Shown here piece by piece: positions 1 to 9,961 of a DNA stretch of 64,000 bases. Source of the stretch: Acidobacteriota bacterium (GTDB taxonomy: Bacteria > Acidobacteriota > Vicinamibacteria > Fen-336 > JAGNNV01); assembly GCA_032127745.1 (NCBI GenBank), contig JAQBHL010000235.1, positions 1,575 to 65,574 on the forward strand, written 5' to 3'. The notes under the pieces were generated by a model that worked only from the letters and a program-made list of their open reading frames with translations, did not search any database and had not been told where the DNA came from. A program made the position numbers and the translations under genes. How positions within the stretch are numbered: the first letter of the stretch is position 1; each line of letters starts with the position of its first letter.

Positions 1-3
1 CTT

Positions 4-1386
4 TTGCCCCTGGCCCTGCTTCACGTGGCGTCGACGCTTCCCGAATTCGATGTCCGGATCATCGACGCCCGGATCGAGCTCACTCCCGAGTCCACCCTGG
101 CCGAGCTCGCCGACCAGGCCGTGTGTCTCGGGGTGAGCGTTCCCACGGGCAAGCCGATTCTGGACGCACTGAGGGCGAGTCGGGCGGTGAAGCGTCGATG
201 CCCGGCCGTTCCCGTGGTCTGGGGCGGCTGGCACCCCTCGCTCCTGCCCGAACAGTGCCTGGCTTCGGCCGCGGTGGACGTGTGTGTGCGGGGCCCGGGA
301 GAGGAGACATTCCGCGAGCTCGTGATGAAGCTTTGGGCCGGGCAGGGTGTCGGCGAGGTCAGCGGGCTATCGTTCAAACGCGACGGAGCGGTGGTGAACA
401 ACCCGCCCCGAGCCCTCCGTGACCTCAACCTGTTTCCAGGGGTCAACCATGGCCTTGTCGACCTGGAGAACTACTTTGCCCGGCGAGGCGCGCGCGGCGT
501 GGACTACTGCTCATCCAGGGAATCCTCCCTCGAAAACGGATCCGGCGGCCCCCCGGTGGTCCTCCCGCAGCCCTGGAGCGGTCTACGCGCCGAGCGAGTG
601 GTGGCGGAGATCGCTCAGGCCGCGGCCCGATATCGACTGGACGAGGTCTCGTTCAGCGACGAAGACTTCTTCACTGACCTCGATCGCGCGGAGACGATCG
701 CGCGGGGGTTGATCGAGGCCCGGGTCGATATTCAATGGAAGGGCCGCGGCCGGCCCGACCATTTGCGCCGCCTCACCCCCGGACAATGGGCGCTGATGCG
801 GCACAGCGGCTGCCGCCGGGTGCACGTGGGCGCCGAGAACGGGCCGGCGCGCAGTCTCGATGCGGTCGGGAGGGGGAGCCATCTCGAAGCCTTGATCGAG
901 AGTGCAGAGCGGCTGCAGCAGGCCGGCATCGGCGCCCGGTTTTCGTTCATCGCCGGGCGTCCGAAGGAGACGGCCACGGCCCTGGCGGAAACCTACCGCA
1001 CAGTCAAGGCCTTGAGGAAGATCAGCGGCCGTTTCGAGACGCCCATCTATTTCTATTTGCCCTACCCGGGCGCCCAGCCCCCGGGGTCAGGCTTCGAAGC
1101 TCCGCGGCGTCTGGAGGACTGGGACAAGGTGGACCTGGATCACACGATCGGGTCATGGATATCCGAACCCGTCCGCAAATTCGTGCCTCGTTACAATTTC
1201 TACTTGCGCTATGCATTCGAGCCCGCGGAAGGCGGGCCGGGTAAGCGGGTGGCGCACTGGCTCGCGCGGCTCCGAGTTCGTTATGACTTCTATCGCTTCG
1301 ATTTCGAGCGCCGGCTGGTCGACCTGTCGAGACGACTGCGCACCGGAATGCCGCCCCGGGAGCAGCCCCTGACCGCGGAGGACTGA
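4..1386 (+). CDS. B12-binding-domain / radical-SAM-like protein, possibly 5'-truncated by the window edge; canonical CxxxCxxC not visible
   Basis: 460-aa ORF open to the window start. It has an N-terminal B12-binding-type segment (VVWGGWHPS) and downstream class-B radical-SAM-like blocks (VSFSDEDFF, VHVGAENG). The position where the Cys triad is expected reads YCSSRESSLENGSGG. Confidence 0.5.
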   Translation: MPLALLHVASTLPEFDVRIIDARIELTPESTLAELADQAVCLGVSVPTGKPILDALRASRAVKRRCPAVPVVWGGWHPSLLPEQCLASAAVDVCVRGPGEETFRELVMKLWAGQGVGEVSGLSFKRDGAVVNNPPRALRDLNLFPGVNHGLVDLENYFARRGARGVDYCSSRESSLENGSGGPPVVLPQPWSGLRAERVVAEIAQAAARYRLDEVSFSDEDFFTDLDRAETIARGLIEARVDIQWKGRGRPDHLRRLTPGQWALMRHSGCRRVHVGAENGPARSLDAVGRGSHLEALIESAERLQQAGIGARFSFIAGRPKETATALAETYRTVKALRKISGRFETPIYFYLPYPGAQPPGSGFEAPRRLEDWDKVDLDHTIGSWISEPVRKFVPRYNFYLRYAFEPAEGGPGKRVAHWLARLRVRYDFYRFDFERRLVDLSRRLRTGMPPREQPLTAED

Positions 1387-1623
1387 GGATGCGAATGCGC
1401 CTGGGCCGGACCGAACCCGGGCCGTCCCGGCCGCGCGCCAGGCACGCCAGAAGGTGGAGCGCCAAGAGTCAGGAGTCCGGCACGGAGCGCCCAAGCACCG
1501 GACCGTGCCCCGAAAGGCTCGCCGATCCGCACGCGCCGATGGCGAAACGAGGCGGCGATGGCGATCTGGTGGAACCGAGGTGCTATGCTTTTTGGGCTTC
1601 CATCCGCCGCCCAATCGTGAACC

Positions 1624-2175
1624 ATGACGCCATCCATTAACGACATCGACGAGCGCCTCGCGATCATGCTCGCAACCCGCGACGGAGGGCGGGATCCAAA
1701 GGACTTCTTCCTGGATCTGGCCGATCTGGTGGCGCGGGGGGCGGCGGAAAGTCTGGGCCGCCAGGTGGACGAGATCGGCATACTGATGGTCGGCACCGAC
1801 GGCAAATACCTCCGATTCGTGGCCCCTCGGAAGCTGTGCGATCTGGGCACCATTCCCACCACGAAACGGGACGCGATCGCGGTGAGTGTCTTCACCCGAA
1901 AAGTCGGCGAAGCCAACAACAATGTGCCCCTGGCCCGGCACGTAGCTTTTTTCGAGAGCGTCAAGGTAACGGACAAGGTGCGCCCCATCATGAAGATGGT
2001 GACCGTGCCCATCGTTGCCGGTGGACAGATCGTAGGCGTGGCCCAGGTCAGCAAGAAAGGCGACAACCTGGCGGAGGCCGGCCCCGACTTCAGCGCCGCG
2101 GACGTGCGTGCGGTCGCTCAGTATTTCGACACCAAGGCCTCCTTTCTTCTCGCCGCGCGCCCCGATCGGTTCTAG
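1624..2175 (+). CDS. GAF domain protein
   Basis: 183 aa with a GAF-like core (TVPIVAGGQIVGVAQVSKKG). The coding signal is clean and the 3' end overlaps the mutY stop by 4 nt in convergent orientation. Confidence 0.55.
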   Translation: MTPSINDIDERLAIMLATRDGGRDPKDFFLDLADLVARGAAESLGRQVDEIGILMVGTDGKYLRFVAPRKLCDLGTIPTTKRDAIAVSVFTRKVGEANNNVPLARHVAFFESVKVTDKVRPIMKMVTVPIVAGGQIVGVAQVSKKGDNLAEAGPDFSAADVRAVAQYFDTKASFLLAARPDRF

Positions 2176-3197
2176 CCGGAAACGATATCCGCCGCCCGGA
2201 TGGCCTTTCGGGACAGGCCGCCGAGCGGAAGCCGGGTCAGATCCTCTCGCGAGTGAAACGAGGCCTCGCCCTTGGGCCGCTTCAACAAGACTCCCCTGAA
2301 GATCGTGGCTTCGATCCGGTGATGGGTGACGGCGTGCCGAACCCTGGCCAGGGCCACGGGCTCGATACGCAGCGTTCCGCGGTAACGGTCGCCAAGGGTC
2401 TGGGGCGGGGCCTCGCGGCGGGGCAGGCCGGCATGGGGAAGTTCATAAAGCCCGCCCAGAAGACCGCCCTCCGGGTTGCGGACGAGGAGAATCTTTCCCC
2501 GCCGCTCCACCAGCGCCATTTCGACCGGGGTGTCGACGCCTGGCCGCCGCGGCCTGCCCGCGCTCCAGTGCTCCGGGCGAGAGCGGCCCTTGCAGTCCGC
2601 CGAGACCGGGCACCGCTCGCAGCCCGGTTTTCTCGGCAGGCAGACCGTGGCGCCGAGTTCCATCATGGCCTCGTTCCAGGGGCCGGGCGCGCGTGAGGAG
2701 AGGAGGTCCGTGGCCAGTCCTTGGGCCCGGGACGGGGCGAGTTGACCCACGGCATGGAGCCTCGACAGGACGCGGCGGACGTTGCCGTCGACCGCGGCGG
2801 CGCGGGTCCCGTAGGCGATCGACGTCACTGCGCTCGCGATGTACCGGCCCACGCCTTTGATCCCCATCGCGTTTGCGATGTCTCGTGGGAACAGACCGCC
2901 CCGGCTCCGGGTCACGAACTGCGCCCCCAGCCTTAGATTTCTGGCCCGCGAGTAGTAGCCCAGGCCCGACCACACGGAGAGGACGGCGTCTTCGTCCGCG
3001 GCCGCGAGCGCTTGGACCGTGGGGAATCGAGCCATGAAGCGCGCGTAGTAGGGGATGACGGTGGCGACGGTGGTTTGCTGCAGCATCACCTCCGAGACCC
3101 AGATCGCATACGCGTCCTTCGTCCGACGCCACGGAAGCGGGCGCTTGGCTTTCGAGAACCAGCGCAGCAGGGAGCGGCGAAGCCGAGCGACGTCCAT
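2172..3197 (-). CDS. mutY: A/G-specific adenine DNA glycosylase
   Basis: HhH-GPD block LPWRRTKDAYAIWVSEVMLQQT, 4Fe-4S loop CLPRKPGCERCPVSADC and a C-terminal NUDIX-like domain. Confidence 0.9.
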   Translation of the reverse strand: MDVARLRRSLLRWFSKAKRPLPWRRTKDAYAIWVSEVMLQQTTVATVIPYYARFMARFPTVQALAAADEDAVLSVWSGLGYYSRARNLRLGAQFVTRSRGGLFPRDIANAMGIKGVGRYIASAVTSIAYGTRAAAVDGNVRRVLSRLHAVGQLAPSRAQGLATDLLSSRAPGPWNEAMMELGATVCLPRKPGCERCPVSADCKGRSRPEHWSAGRPRRPGVDTPVEMALVERRGKILLVRNPEGGLLGGLYELPHAGLPRREAPPQTLGDRYRGTLRIEPVALARVRHAVTHHRIEATIFRGVLLKRPKGEASFHSREDLTRLPLGGLSRKAIRAADIVSG

Positions 3198-4051
3198 CAG
3201 GAACGGCGGCCGAGAACCACCCGCGGGATTCGGGCCAGGTCGTTCATGATTTCAACCGTCTTCAAGCCGGCGGCCTCGAACAAGCCGGCCACCCGGTCGG
3301 CCTGGCCCCGGCCGACCTCGACGGCCAGGAGGCCCGACGGTTTCAGGCGCTGGAGGGCGCCCGCCACGATCGTCCGAAAGGAGGAAAGATCGTCTGAGGG
3401 ATCCGCGAACAGGGCCAGATGCGGCTCGAAGTCGCGCACCTCGCGCGGGAGGCCGGCCTCGTCGGTTCGGGCGACGTAGGGTGGGTTGCTTACGATGGCG
3501 TCGAACCGCGTCGCGGCCTCCACGGCATCGAACCAGCGCGAAACTCGCAGATCGATCCGCTGCGCGAGACCCAGCCGGCGGGCGTTCTCGAAGGCGACTT
3601 TCAGGGCAGCCTCCGAGAGATCGACGGCCAGGGCCCGGGCCCCCGGAAGGTCGCGCAGGAGGGAGAGGGCGATGCAGCCGGAGCCGGTTCCGAGATCAAG
3701 GAGGCCGGGTGTCGGGACCGGGCTCAGGCCCTTCACCACCGCCGCCACCAGGATCTCGGTCTCGGGCCGGGGGATGAGTACCGAGGAATTGACCACGAAG
3801 TCGTCGCGCCAGAAGGCCGCCACGCCCAGGATGTACTGGATCGGTTCGAATCGTTCACGACGCTGAACCGCGGCCTCGAAACGAGTGGCGTCGCCGGGCG
3901 AGGGCAGTTCCTTCCCGTTCGCCAGCAGCTCCGCCCGGCTCAATCCGGAGATCCCGCGAAACAGGGTCTCGGCATCGAGGGCCGGGTTAGATGCCGGCGG
4001 GAAGCGCGCCGCCGCCGCCGCGATGAGCTGGGCGATCCGGAGAGGCGTCAC
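3197..4051 (-). CDS. prmC: Release-factor glutamine N5-methyltransferase
   Basis: NPPY motif (IVSNPPYV) and SAM-binding loop LDLGTGSGCIAL. It lies immediately downstream of prfA. Confidence 0.9.
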   Translation of the reverse strand: MTPLRIAQLIAAAAARFPPASNPALDAETLFRGISGLSRAELLANGKELPSPGDATRFEAAVQRRERFEPIQYILGVAAFWRDDFVVNSSVLIPRPETEILVAAVVKGLSPVPTPGLLDLGTGSGCIALSLLRDLPGARALAVDLSEAALKVAFENARRLGLAQRIDLRVSRWFDAVEAATRFDAIVSNPPYVARTDEAGLPREVRDFEPHLALFADPSDDLSSFRTIVAGALQRLKPSGLLAVEVGRGQADRVAGLFEAAGLKTVEIMNDLARIPRVVLGRRS

Positions 4052-4068
4052 GGACCCTCGGCCTCGCC

Positions 4069-5151
4069 TCAGTTCGCGGATTGGACGCGTTCGGCCTGGT
4101 GGGTGGCGACGAGTTGCGAGATCAAGGCGTCGAGTTCTCCGTCCATCGCGGTCTGGAGGGTGTGCAGAGTGAGTCCGATGCGATGATCGGTGAGCCTCGA
4201 CTGGGGGAAGTTGTAGGTCCGGATCTTCTCCGACCGGTCGCCGGTGCCGACCTGGGAGCGCCGATCGGCCGCGATCTCCTTGTTCTGCTCGGCCTGGGCC
4301 ACCTCATACAGACGGGACCTGAGGACCTTCATGGCCTTCTCTCGATTCTTGATCTGGCTCTTCTCGTCCTGGCACGAGACCACGGTGTTGGTGGGAAGGT
4401 GGGTGATGCGGACCGCGGAGTAGGTGGTGTTGACGCTCTGCCCGCCGGGCCCGGACGAGCAGAAGGTGTCGATGCGGATGTCCTTGGCCTCGATCCGGAC
4501 GTCGACCTCCTCCGCCTCCGGCAGGACCGCGACGGTGATGGTGGAGGTGTGGATGCGCCCCTGGGCCTCGGTGGCGGGAACGCGCTGAACCCGATGGACG
4601 CCGCTCTCAAAGCGCAGCTTCGAGTACACCTTGTCGCCCTCGATCATGGCGATCACTTCCTTGACCCCGCCCGCGCCGGAACGGGACATGGACACGATAT
4701 CGACCTTCCACTTCTGGCGTTCCGCGAATCGCTGATACATGCGGAACACTTCCTGGGCGAAGAGCGCGGCTTCGTCGCCGCCGGTGCCGGCCCGGATCTC
4801 AAGGATCACGTTCTTTTCGTCGTTTGGATCCTTGGGAATGAGGAGCGGGCCGATGGCGGCATCGGTCTCGTCGCGCTTGCGCTGCAGTTCCTTGAGCTCC
4901 TCGAGGGCCATGGTCCGGAGCTCGGCATCGGTCTCGGCTTTCGCCATCTCCTCGACGCTCGCCACTTCGGCGAGGAGCCGCTTGTACTCCGCGAACATCT
5001 CGACCACGGGAGCGATGTCGGATGCCTCCTTCGCGGTTCGGGTGATGCTGGAGACCGCACCGCTCGAGGAGGCGAGGCGAAGCATCTCCGCCTCGAGGTC
5101 GCGATGGCGACTCTCGATCTCCTTGAGCTTCTCGAAGGTGATGGCGTCCAT
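4069..5151 (-). CDS. prfA: Peptide chain release factor 1
   Basis: GGQ motif ([12 protein letters not shown]), RF1-type PAT tripeptide ([10 protein letters not shown]), 360 aa. Confidence 0.95.
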   Translation of the reverse strand: MDAITFEKLKEIESRHRDLEAEMLRLASSSGAVSSITRTAKEASDIAPVVEMFAEYKRLLAEVASVEEMAKAETDAELRTMALEELKELQRKRDETDAAIGPLLIPKDPNDEKNVILEIRAGTGGDEAALFAQEVFRMYQRFAERQKWKVDIVSMSRSGAGGVKEVIAMIEGDKVYSKLRFESGVHRVQRVPATEAQGRIHTSTITVAVLPEAEEVDVRIEAKDIRIDTFCSSGPGGQSVNTTYSAVRITHLPTNTVVSCQDEKSQIKNREKAMKVLRSRLYEVAQAEQNKEIAADRRSQVGTGDRSEKIRTYNFPQSRLTDHRIGLTLHTLQTAMDGELDALISQLVATHQAERVQSAN

Positions 5152-5233
5152 GGTCTGGAGGCGAAGGGTCCGGTCAGGTGGTCAGCGGAATCGGGGAGAC
5201 GCCCCGAGCGGGCGCCTCCACGGGTCTCCGGCT

Positions 5234-5449
5234 TCAGGCGCTCGCGCCGGCCCGCTTCGCGAACTTCTTGGTGAAGCGCTCGATGCGGCCCGCGGAATCG
5301 ACCAGACGCTGTTTGCCGGTGAAGAACGGGTGGCAGGTCGAACAGATTTCGACCCGGATCTCGGACTTGGTGGACCGGGTGGTCCAGTTGGCACCGCAGG
5401 CGCAGTGGACAGGGGTCTCGGTGTACTTCGGATGGATATCGGGCTTCAT
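5234..5449 (-). CDS. rpmE: 50S ribosomal protein L31
   Basis: MKPDIHPKY... with CxC...[10 protein letters not shown]. The start is trimmed from the 111-aa track ORF to the internal Met that gives a 71-aa protein. Confidence 0.9.
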   Translation of the reverse strand: MKPDIHPKYTETPVHCACGANWTTRSTKSEIRVEICSTCHPFFTGKQRLVDSAGRIERFTKKFAKRAGASA

Positions 5450-5665
5450 GGCGGTCGGTTCTCTTTCTCCTGATGACTCCCGGTCCCGCTCGTCGCGGCT
5501 CCAGCCGAAGGGCGGGCGCGCACTCACGATCCTGTCGAAATCCGGGTGTCGGAACCGGGGATTGTACAACCCAAGCGGGGTTCAGTCCCACCGTCCTCCA
5601 CGGATGACCCTATAAACTCCGCGGCCGGGTTCGTTTTCAGCCCCACCGCTTTTTGAGGAATCAAG

Positions 5666-8140
5666 TTGATCAACGAGATCAAGTCGTACGAATTCGAGGA
5701 AATAGAGCGACGATGCCAGGAGCGGTGGCGAGCCGAGGGCACGTTCGAGGTGTCGGAGGACCCCACCCGACCCAAGTTCTACTGCCTGGAGATGCTGCCG
5801 TACCCCTCGGGCGACATACACGTGGGGCACGTGAGGAACTACTGCATCACCGACGTGGTTACCCGCTTCAAACGCATGCGCGGTTTCAACGTCCTCCATC
5901 CGATCGGCTGGGACGCCCTGGGATTGCCCGCGGAAAACGCCGCCATCAAGCACGGCACGCATCCCGAGGGCTGGACCCGCAGCAACATCGCGAGCATGAA
6001 AGCGCAGCTTCAGCGTCTTGGCTTCTCCTATGCCTGGAGTCGCGAAATCGCCACCTGCGACGCTTCCTATTACCGATGGAACCAGTGGTTCTTCCTGAAG
6101 ATGCTGGAGAGGGGCATTGCCTATCGCGCCAACTCCCCCGTCAACTGGTGTCCCTCCTGCCTGACTGTCCTCGCCAACGAACAGGCCGAGGGCGGACTCT
6201 GCTGGCGCTGCCGGAGCGTCATCGAGATCCGGGACATGGAACAGTGGTTCCTGCGGATCACCGACTATCAGGATGCTCTGCTCGACGACATGGAGGAACT
6301 GTCGGCCTGGCCGGAGCGTGTTCTGCAGCAGCAGCGCAACTGGGTCGGCCGCTCGGAAGGAGCGGAGGTTTCCTTTCCCACCGAGGACGGAGGGACGATC
6401 CGGATCTTCACCACCAGGATCGACACCATTTATGGCGCGACCTTCTGCCTGCTCGCTCCCGAACATCCCCTGGTGGACCAGCTCATGAACGGAGCCCCGA
6501 AGGAGAGCGCCCTGACCCTCGCCCGCCTGCGCGGCCAGGACCGCCGGGCCCGGCTCGCCGGCCAGGTCGAGAAGGAGGGCCTGTTCACGGGCCGCTACGC
6601 GAAGAATCCGTTCTCCGGCGAGCGGATCCCCATCTGGGTGGGCAACTTCGTCCTGATGGGCTATGGAACGGGCGCGATCATGGCCGTGCCCGCGCACGAC
6701 GAGCGCGACTTCGAGTTCGCCCGGAAGTACGGCCTGCGCGTTCATCCCGTCATTCAATCCCCCGAAGGCGCCCTGGACGGCGCCACCATGACGGAGGCCT
6801 ACACCGGGCCGGGAGTGGTGACGGGAAGCGCCGAGTTCGACGGCCTCGCCTCCGAGATCGCGATGGAGAAGATGTCTGCGCATGCGAGCGCCCACGGCTT
6901 CGGGGGAGTGAAGACCGCGTATCGACTCAAGGACTGGCTCATCTCGCGCCAGCGCTATTGGGGCACGCCCATCCCGGTGGTCTATTGCGACAAGGACGGG
7001 GTGGTGGGCGTGAGGGAAGCTGATCTGCCTGTCATCCTGCCTCCGGATGCGCCCTTCACGGGCGAGGGCGGCAACCCGCTGGAAAAGGTGGAGACCTTCG
7101 TCAGGGCCACGTGTCCGAAATGCGGCGGTCCGGCGCGCCGCGAGACGGACACCATGGATACCTTCGTGGATTCATCCTGGTACTTCTACCGCTACTGTTC
7201 TCCGACGACCGAGGACGCGCCGTTCGACAAGGCGGCGGTCAGGTACTGGTTTCCGATCGACCTCTACGTCGGGGGCATCGAACATGCCATCCTCCACCTC
7301 GTGTACTCGCGTTTTTGGACGAAGGTCATGAGGGACCTGGGGCTCATTGACTGGTCCGAGCCAGCGGCGCGGTTGTTTCCCCAGGGCATGGTGCACAAGG
7401 ACGGCGAGGTCATGTCGAAGTCGAAGGGCAATACCATTGCCCCCGACGACGTGATCAAGCGCTACGGCGCCGACACCCTCCGCCTGTATATCCTCTTCGC
7501 CGCCCCGCCTGAGCTCTCGATGGAGTGGAGCGAGACCGGAATCGAGGGTCCGCATCGGTTCCTGCTGCGGGTGTGGCGGGTGGTTCACAAGCGCGCGGGA
7601 ACCGCCTCCAGGGGTCGTGACTTCGCGAGTCTTTCCGAGAACGGAGCGGCCCTGCGCCGGAGGGTTCATCAGACCATCGCCCGGGTCACTGCGGACATCG
7701 ACGAACGCATCCATCTGAATACCGCGGTGGCGGCCCTGATGGAGCTGACCAATGACATCTACCGGCTGGAGGAGGGGCTCACCGGCGACTCCGACGAGGC
7801 CGCCCTCGGCGAGGCCCTCGATACCCTCGTTCTGCTGCTGAGTCCGTTCGCGCCGCACGCCTGCGAGCAGATGTGGTCGGATCTGGGGCACCCGAAGAGC
7901 CTGGTCGACGAAGCCTGGCCGGAGGCCGACCAAGCGGCCATGCGCGAAGACGCCAATGAAGTGGCGGTCCAGGTCAACGGCCGGATACGCGGCCGGGTGA
8001 TGGTGCCGGCTTTGGCCGACGAGGCCGCGCACAAGGCCCTGGCCCTCGCCGAACCCGGGGTGAAGGCGCAGGTCGAGGGAAAGACGCTGGTCAAAGCCAT
8101 CATCGTCCCCGGGCGACTCGTCAATCTGGTGGTGAAGTGA
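5666..8140 (+). CDS. leuS: Leucine--tRNA ligase
   Basis: 824 aa with HIGH-type motif (DIHVGHVRNY), KMSKS-type motif (VMSKSKGN) and a CP1 editing domain. Confidence 0.95.
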   Translation: MINEIKSYEFEEIERRCQERWRAEGTFEVSEDPTRPKFYCLEMLPYPSGDIHVGHVRNYCITDVVTRFKRMRGFNVLHPIGWDALGLPAENAAIKHGTHPEGWTRSNIASMKAQLQRLGFSYAWSREIATCDASYYRWNQWFFLKMLERGIAYRANSPVNWCPSCLTVLANEQAEGGLCWRCRSVIEIRDMEQWFLRITDYQDALLDDMEELSAWPERVLQQQRNWVGRSEGAEVSFPTEDGGTIRIFTTRIDTIYGATFCLLAPEHPLVDQLMNGAPKESALTLARLRGQDRRARLAGQVEKEGLFTGRYAKNPFSGERIPIWVGNFVLMGYGTGAIMAVPAHDERDFEFARKYGLRVHPVIQSPEGALDGATMTEAYTGPGVVTGSAEFDGLASEIAMEKMSAHASAHGFGGVKTAYRLKDWLISRQRYWGTPIPVVYCDKDGVVGVREADLPVILPPDAPFTGEGGNPLEKVETFVRATCPKCGGPARRETDTMDTFVDSSWYFYRYCSPTTEDAPFDKAAVRYWFPIDLYVGGIEHAILHLVYSRFWTKVMRDLGLIDWSEPAARLFPQGMVHKDGEVMSKSKGNTIAPDDVIKRYGADTLRLYILFAAPPELSMEWSETGIEGPHRFLLRVWRVVHKRAGTASRGRDFASLSENGAALRRRVHQTIARVTADIDERIHLNTAVAALMELTNDIYRLEEGLTGDSDEAALGEALDTLVLLLSPFAPHACEQMWSDLGHPKSLVDEAWPEADQAAMREDANEVAVQVNGRIRGRVMVPALADEAAHKALALAEPGVKAQVEGKTLVKAIIVPGRLVNLVVK

Positions 8141-8688
8141 TGCCCGGCTCTAAAGCCCCGCGCCCGAGGTCTGGCCTGGTTCTCGCTTCCCTGGCTCTCC
8201 TCAACCTGAGCAGCTGCGGGTACGGCCTGGTGGGGCGAGGCGGCGGCCTGGATCCGTCGCTCAAGAAGATCGCCGTTCCGCTGTTTCGTGATGCCACCGG
8301 CCGGACCAGCCTCGATCGGAAGATCACGGAGAAGGTCATCGAGGAACTCCTGAAGCGGGGGAAGGTCGACGTCGTCCAGACCATCGAAGGTGTGGACGCG
8401 ATCGTCGATGGCGAAATCGTCTCCTACCAGGTTCAACCGGTCGGATTTTCCGGCGGCGCGGACTCGACCACGGCCAGCCGGTACTCGATCACCCTGACCG
8501 CCCGAGTCCGGTTTTCGAAGCCCGGCGAAACCCAGGCGATATGGCAGAACGACGCTTTCGTCTATCGCGATGAATACGATCTTGGCTCGGACCCGTCCAC
8601 GTTCTTCGACCGCGAAGATCAAAGCGTCGACCGTCTGGCCCTGGCCTTCGCGCGAAGCCTGGTGGCGGCGATGCTGGAGGCGTTCTAG
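8137..8688 (+). CDS. lptE: LptE-like LPS-assembly lipoprotein
   Basis: Lipobox LLNLSSC followed by GYGLVGRG. It overlaps the leuS stop by 4 nt, matching the conserved leuS-lptE synteny. Confidence 0.6.
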   Translation: MMPGSKAPRPRSGLVLASLALLNLSSCGYGLVGRGGGLDPSLKKIAVPLFRDATGRTSLDRKITEKVIEELLKRGKVDVVQTIEGVDAIVDGEIVSYQVQPVGFSGGADSTTASRYSITLTARVRFSKPGETQAIWQNDAFVYRDEYDLGSDPSTFFDREDQSVDRLALAFARSLVAAMLEAF

Positions 8689-8702
8689 CCGGGGGCTCGA
8701 AC

Positions 8703-9488
8703 TCAGGGCCGGCGACCGCCCTTGCTTTCGTCCAGCTCTTCAGCACCCGGGTCGAAGAGCACGCGGAGGCCGGGCATGGCGTACTTCTTGAGCTCGGCCT
8801 CGTATTTCCCGAAGAGAACCTCGTTTTCGGGGGCGGTGCGCATCTCGGCCAGGCCCTTCGAAACCTCGCGAGAGCTCGCGGCCAGGTCGACGCCCGCCTG
8901 AGCGAGCGCCTCCCGGGCCTCCTTGGGCAGGGTCTCGACCCCGTTGCCTTTCATTCCCTTCATGGCCTCGGCCGCAGCCTGGCCCGCGATGGCCGCGCTC
9001 TCGATCGCCATCTTCCCCTCTTCTCCGAAGCCCTTCGCCATCGATTTGTAGACCTCGGCGGTGATGAACTCGTACTCCCGTTCCGACATCCCGTGCCTGC
9101 CCAGGGCCAGGGTTTCGGCCCGCCGGATCTCGCCCATGAGGGTGAGGCCGGTGGAGATGTCGCTGAAATCAACCGGCTTGCCCTCCTTGACCCTGGCCAT
9201 CCGGGATTCGATCTCCCCCCGGTATCGCTCGTAGACCGAAAAAACGCTGGCCCGGATCTCGATGAATCGAACCAGACGGTCCTCCGCGACCACGTGGTCG
9301 GGGGGGCGAACGAAGGGCACGGCATTCGCGGCCTTCCGAGCCTCCTCCACCGCGGGGCCGCCCCCGGTGACCTCCTCCATCTTGCCCTTGGCCCAGTAGC
9401 CGAGTCCGACCACTCCGGCCACGAAAAGGAAGACCGCGATGATCGACAGGGCCAGGCATCCGATAGCAAACTTCATCCAGGGTTTCAT
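8703..9488 (-). CDS. Hypothetical membrane-anchored protein
   Basis: The internal Met start MKPWMKFAIGCLALSIIAVFLFVAG gives one N-terminal TM segment plus a helical, Lys/Glu/Ala-rich soluble part. No family recognised. Confidence 0.5.
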   Translation of the reverse strand: MKPWMKFAIGCLALSIIAVFLFVAGVVGLGYWAKGKMEEVTGGGPAVEEARKAANAVPFVRPPDHVVAEDRLVRFIEIRASVFSVYERYRGEIESRMARVKEGKPVDFSDISTGLTLMGEIRRAETLALGRHGMSEREYEFITAEVYKSMAKGFGEEGKMAIESAAIAGQAAAEAMKGMKGNGVETLPKEAREALAQAGVDLAASSREVSKGLAEMRTAPENEVLFGKYEAELKKYAMPGLRVLFDPGAEELDESKGGRRP

Positions 9489-9572
9489 GATGGCTCCAGA
9501 CTCCACACGAAGCGGGCGGGCCGAATGGTACCTCGAACCCTCCGGTCGACCCTGTGACCATATACTGCGGCC

Positions 9573-9842
9573 ATGGAACCGACCTGGCATGACGGTCTTT
9601 CGCGCTCGGCGCTGGTGCAACTCGTCGAAGGCTTGCTTACGGCGATTGATCGGACTGTTCCCAAACTCGACGCCGTGGCCCACCACCTAGGGCTCCTCTC
9701 GCAGCAGGCGGAGGAGTTCGAGGTCGTGGGCGGAGTGGCCGATCAGGTGGCGGATATGTCGGACGAGCTCTACGCCGCCTCCGACCGCGAGCGGCTGAGG
9801 GAGTGGGGCAACGCCATTGATACTCCGGACAAGGCGCACTGA
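9573..9842 (+). CDS. Hypothetical small acidic protein
   Basis: 89-aa ORF in an otherwise unassigned gap. Composition is plausible but no motif was recognised. Confidence 0.3.
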   Translation: MEPTWHDGLSRSALVQLVEGLLTAIDRTVPKLDAVAHHLGLLSQQAEEFEVVGGVADQVADMSDELYAASDRERLREWGNAIDTPDKAH

Positions 9843-9961
9843 CCATCGAAAAACCGAAGCGGTGAAAGAAGCGGGCGAACCGGAGCAGCTTGTGCCGATG
9901 CGGCGCGCGCCTGCCTCTCCGCTGATCGTGCGCCCGTCCGGCCGAGCGCGGGGCTGAGTCC

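Noticed and set aside
9573-9961. The small ORF 9573-9842 and the following 120-bp gap considered as an anti-sigma or partner-switching component of the adjacent signalling genes.
   Set aside because: No STAS, anti-sigma or other signalling motif is recognisable. It is kept only as a low-confidence hypothetical CDS.
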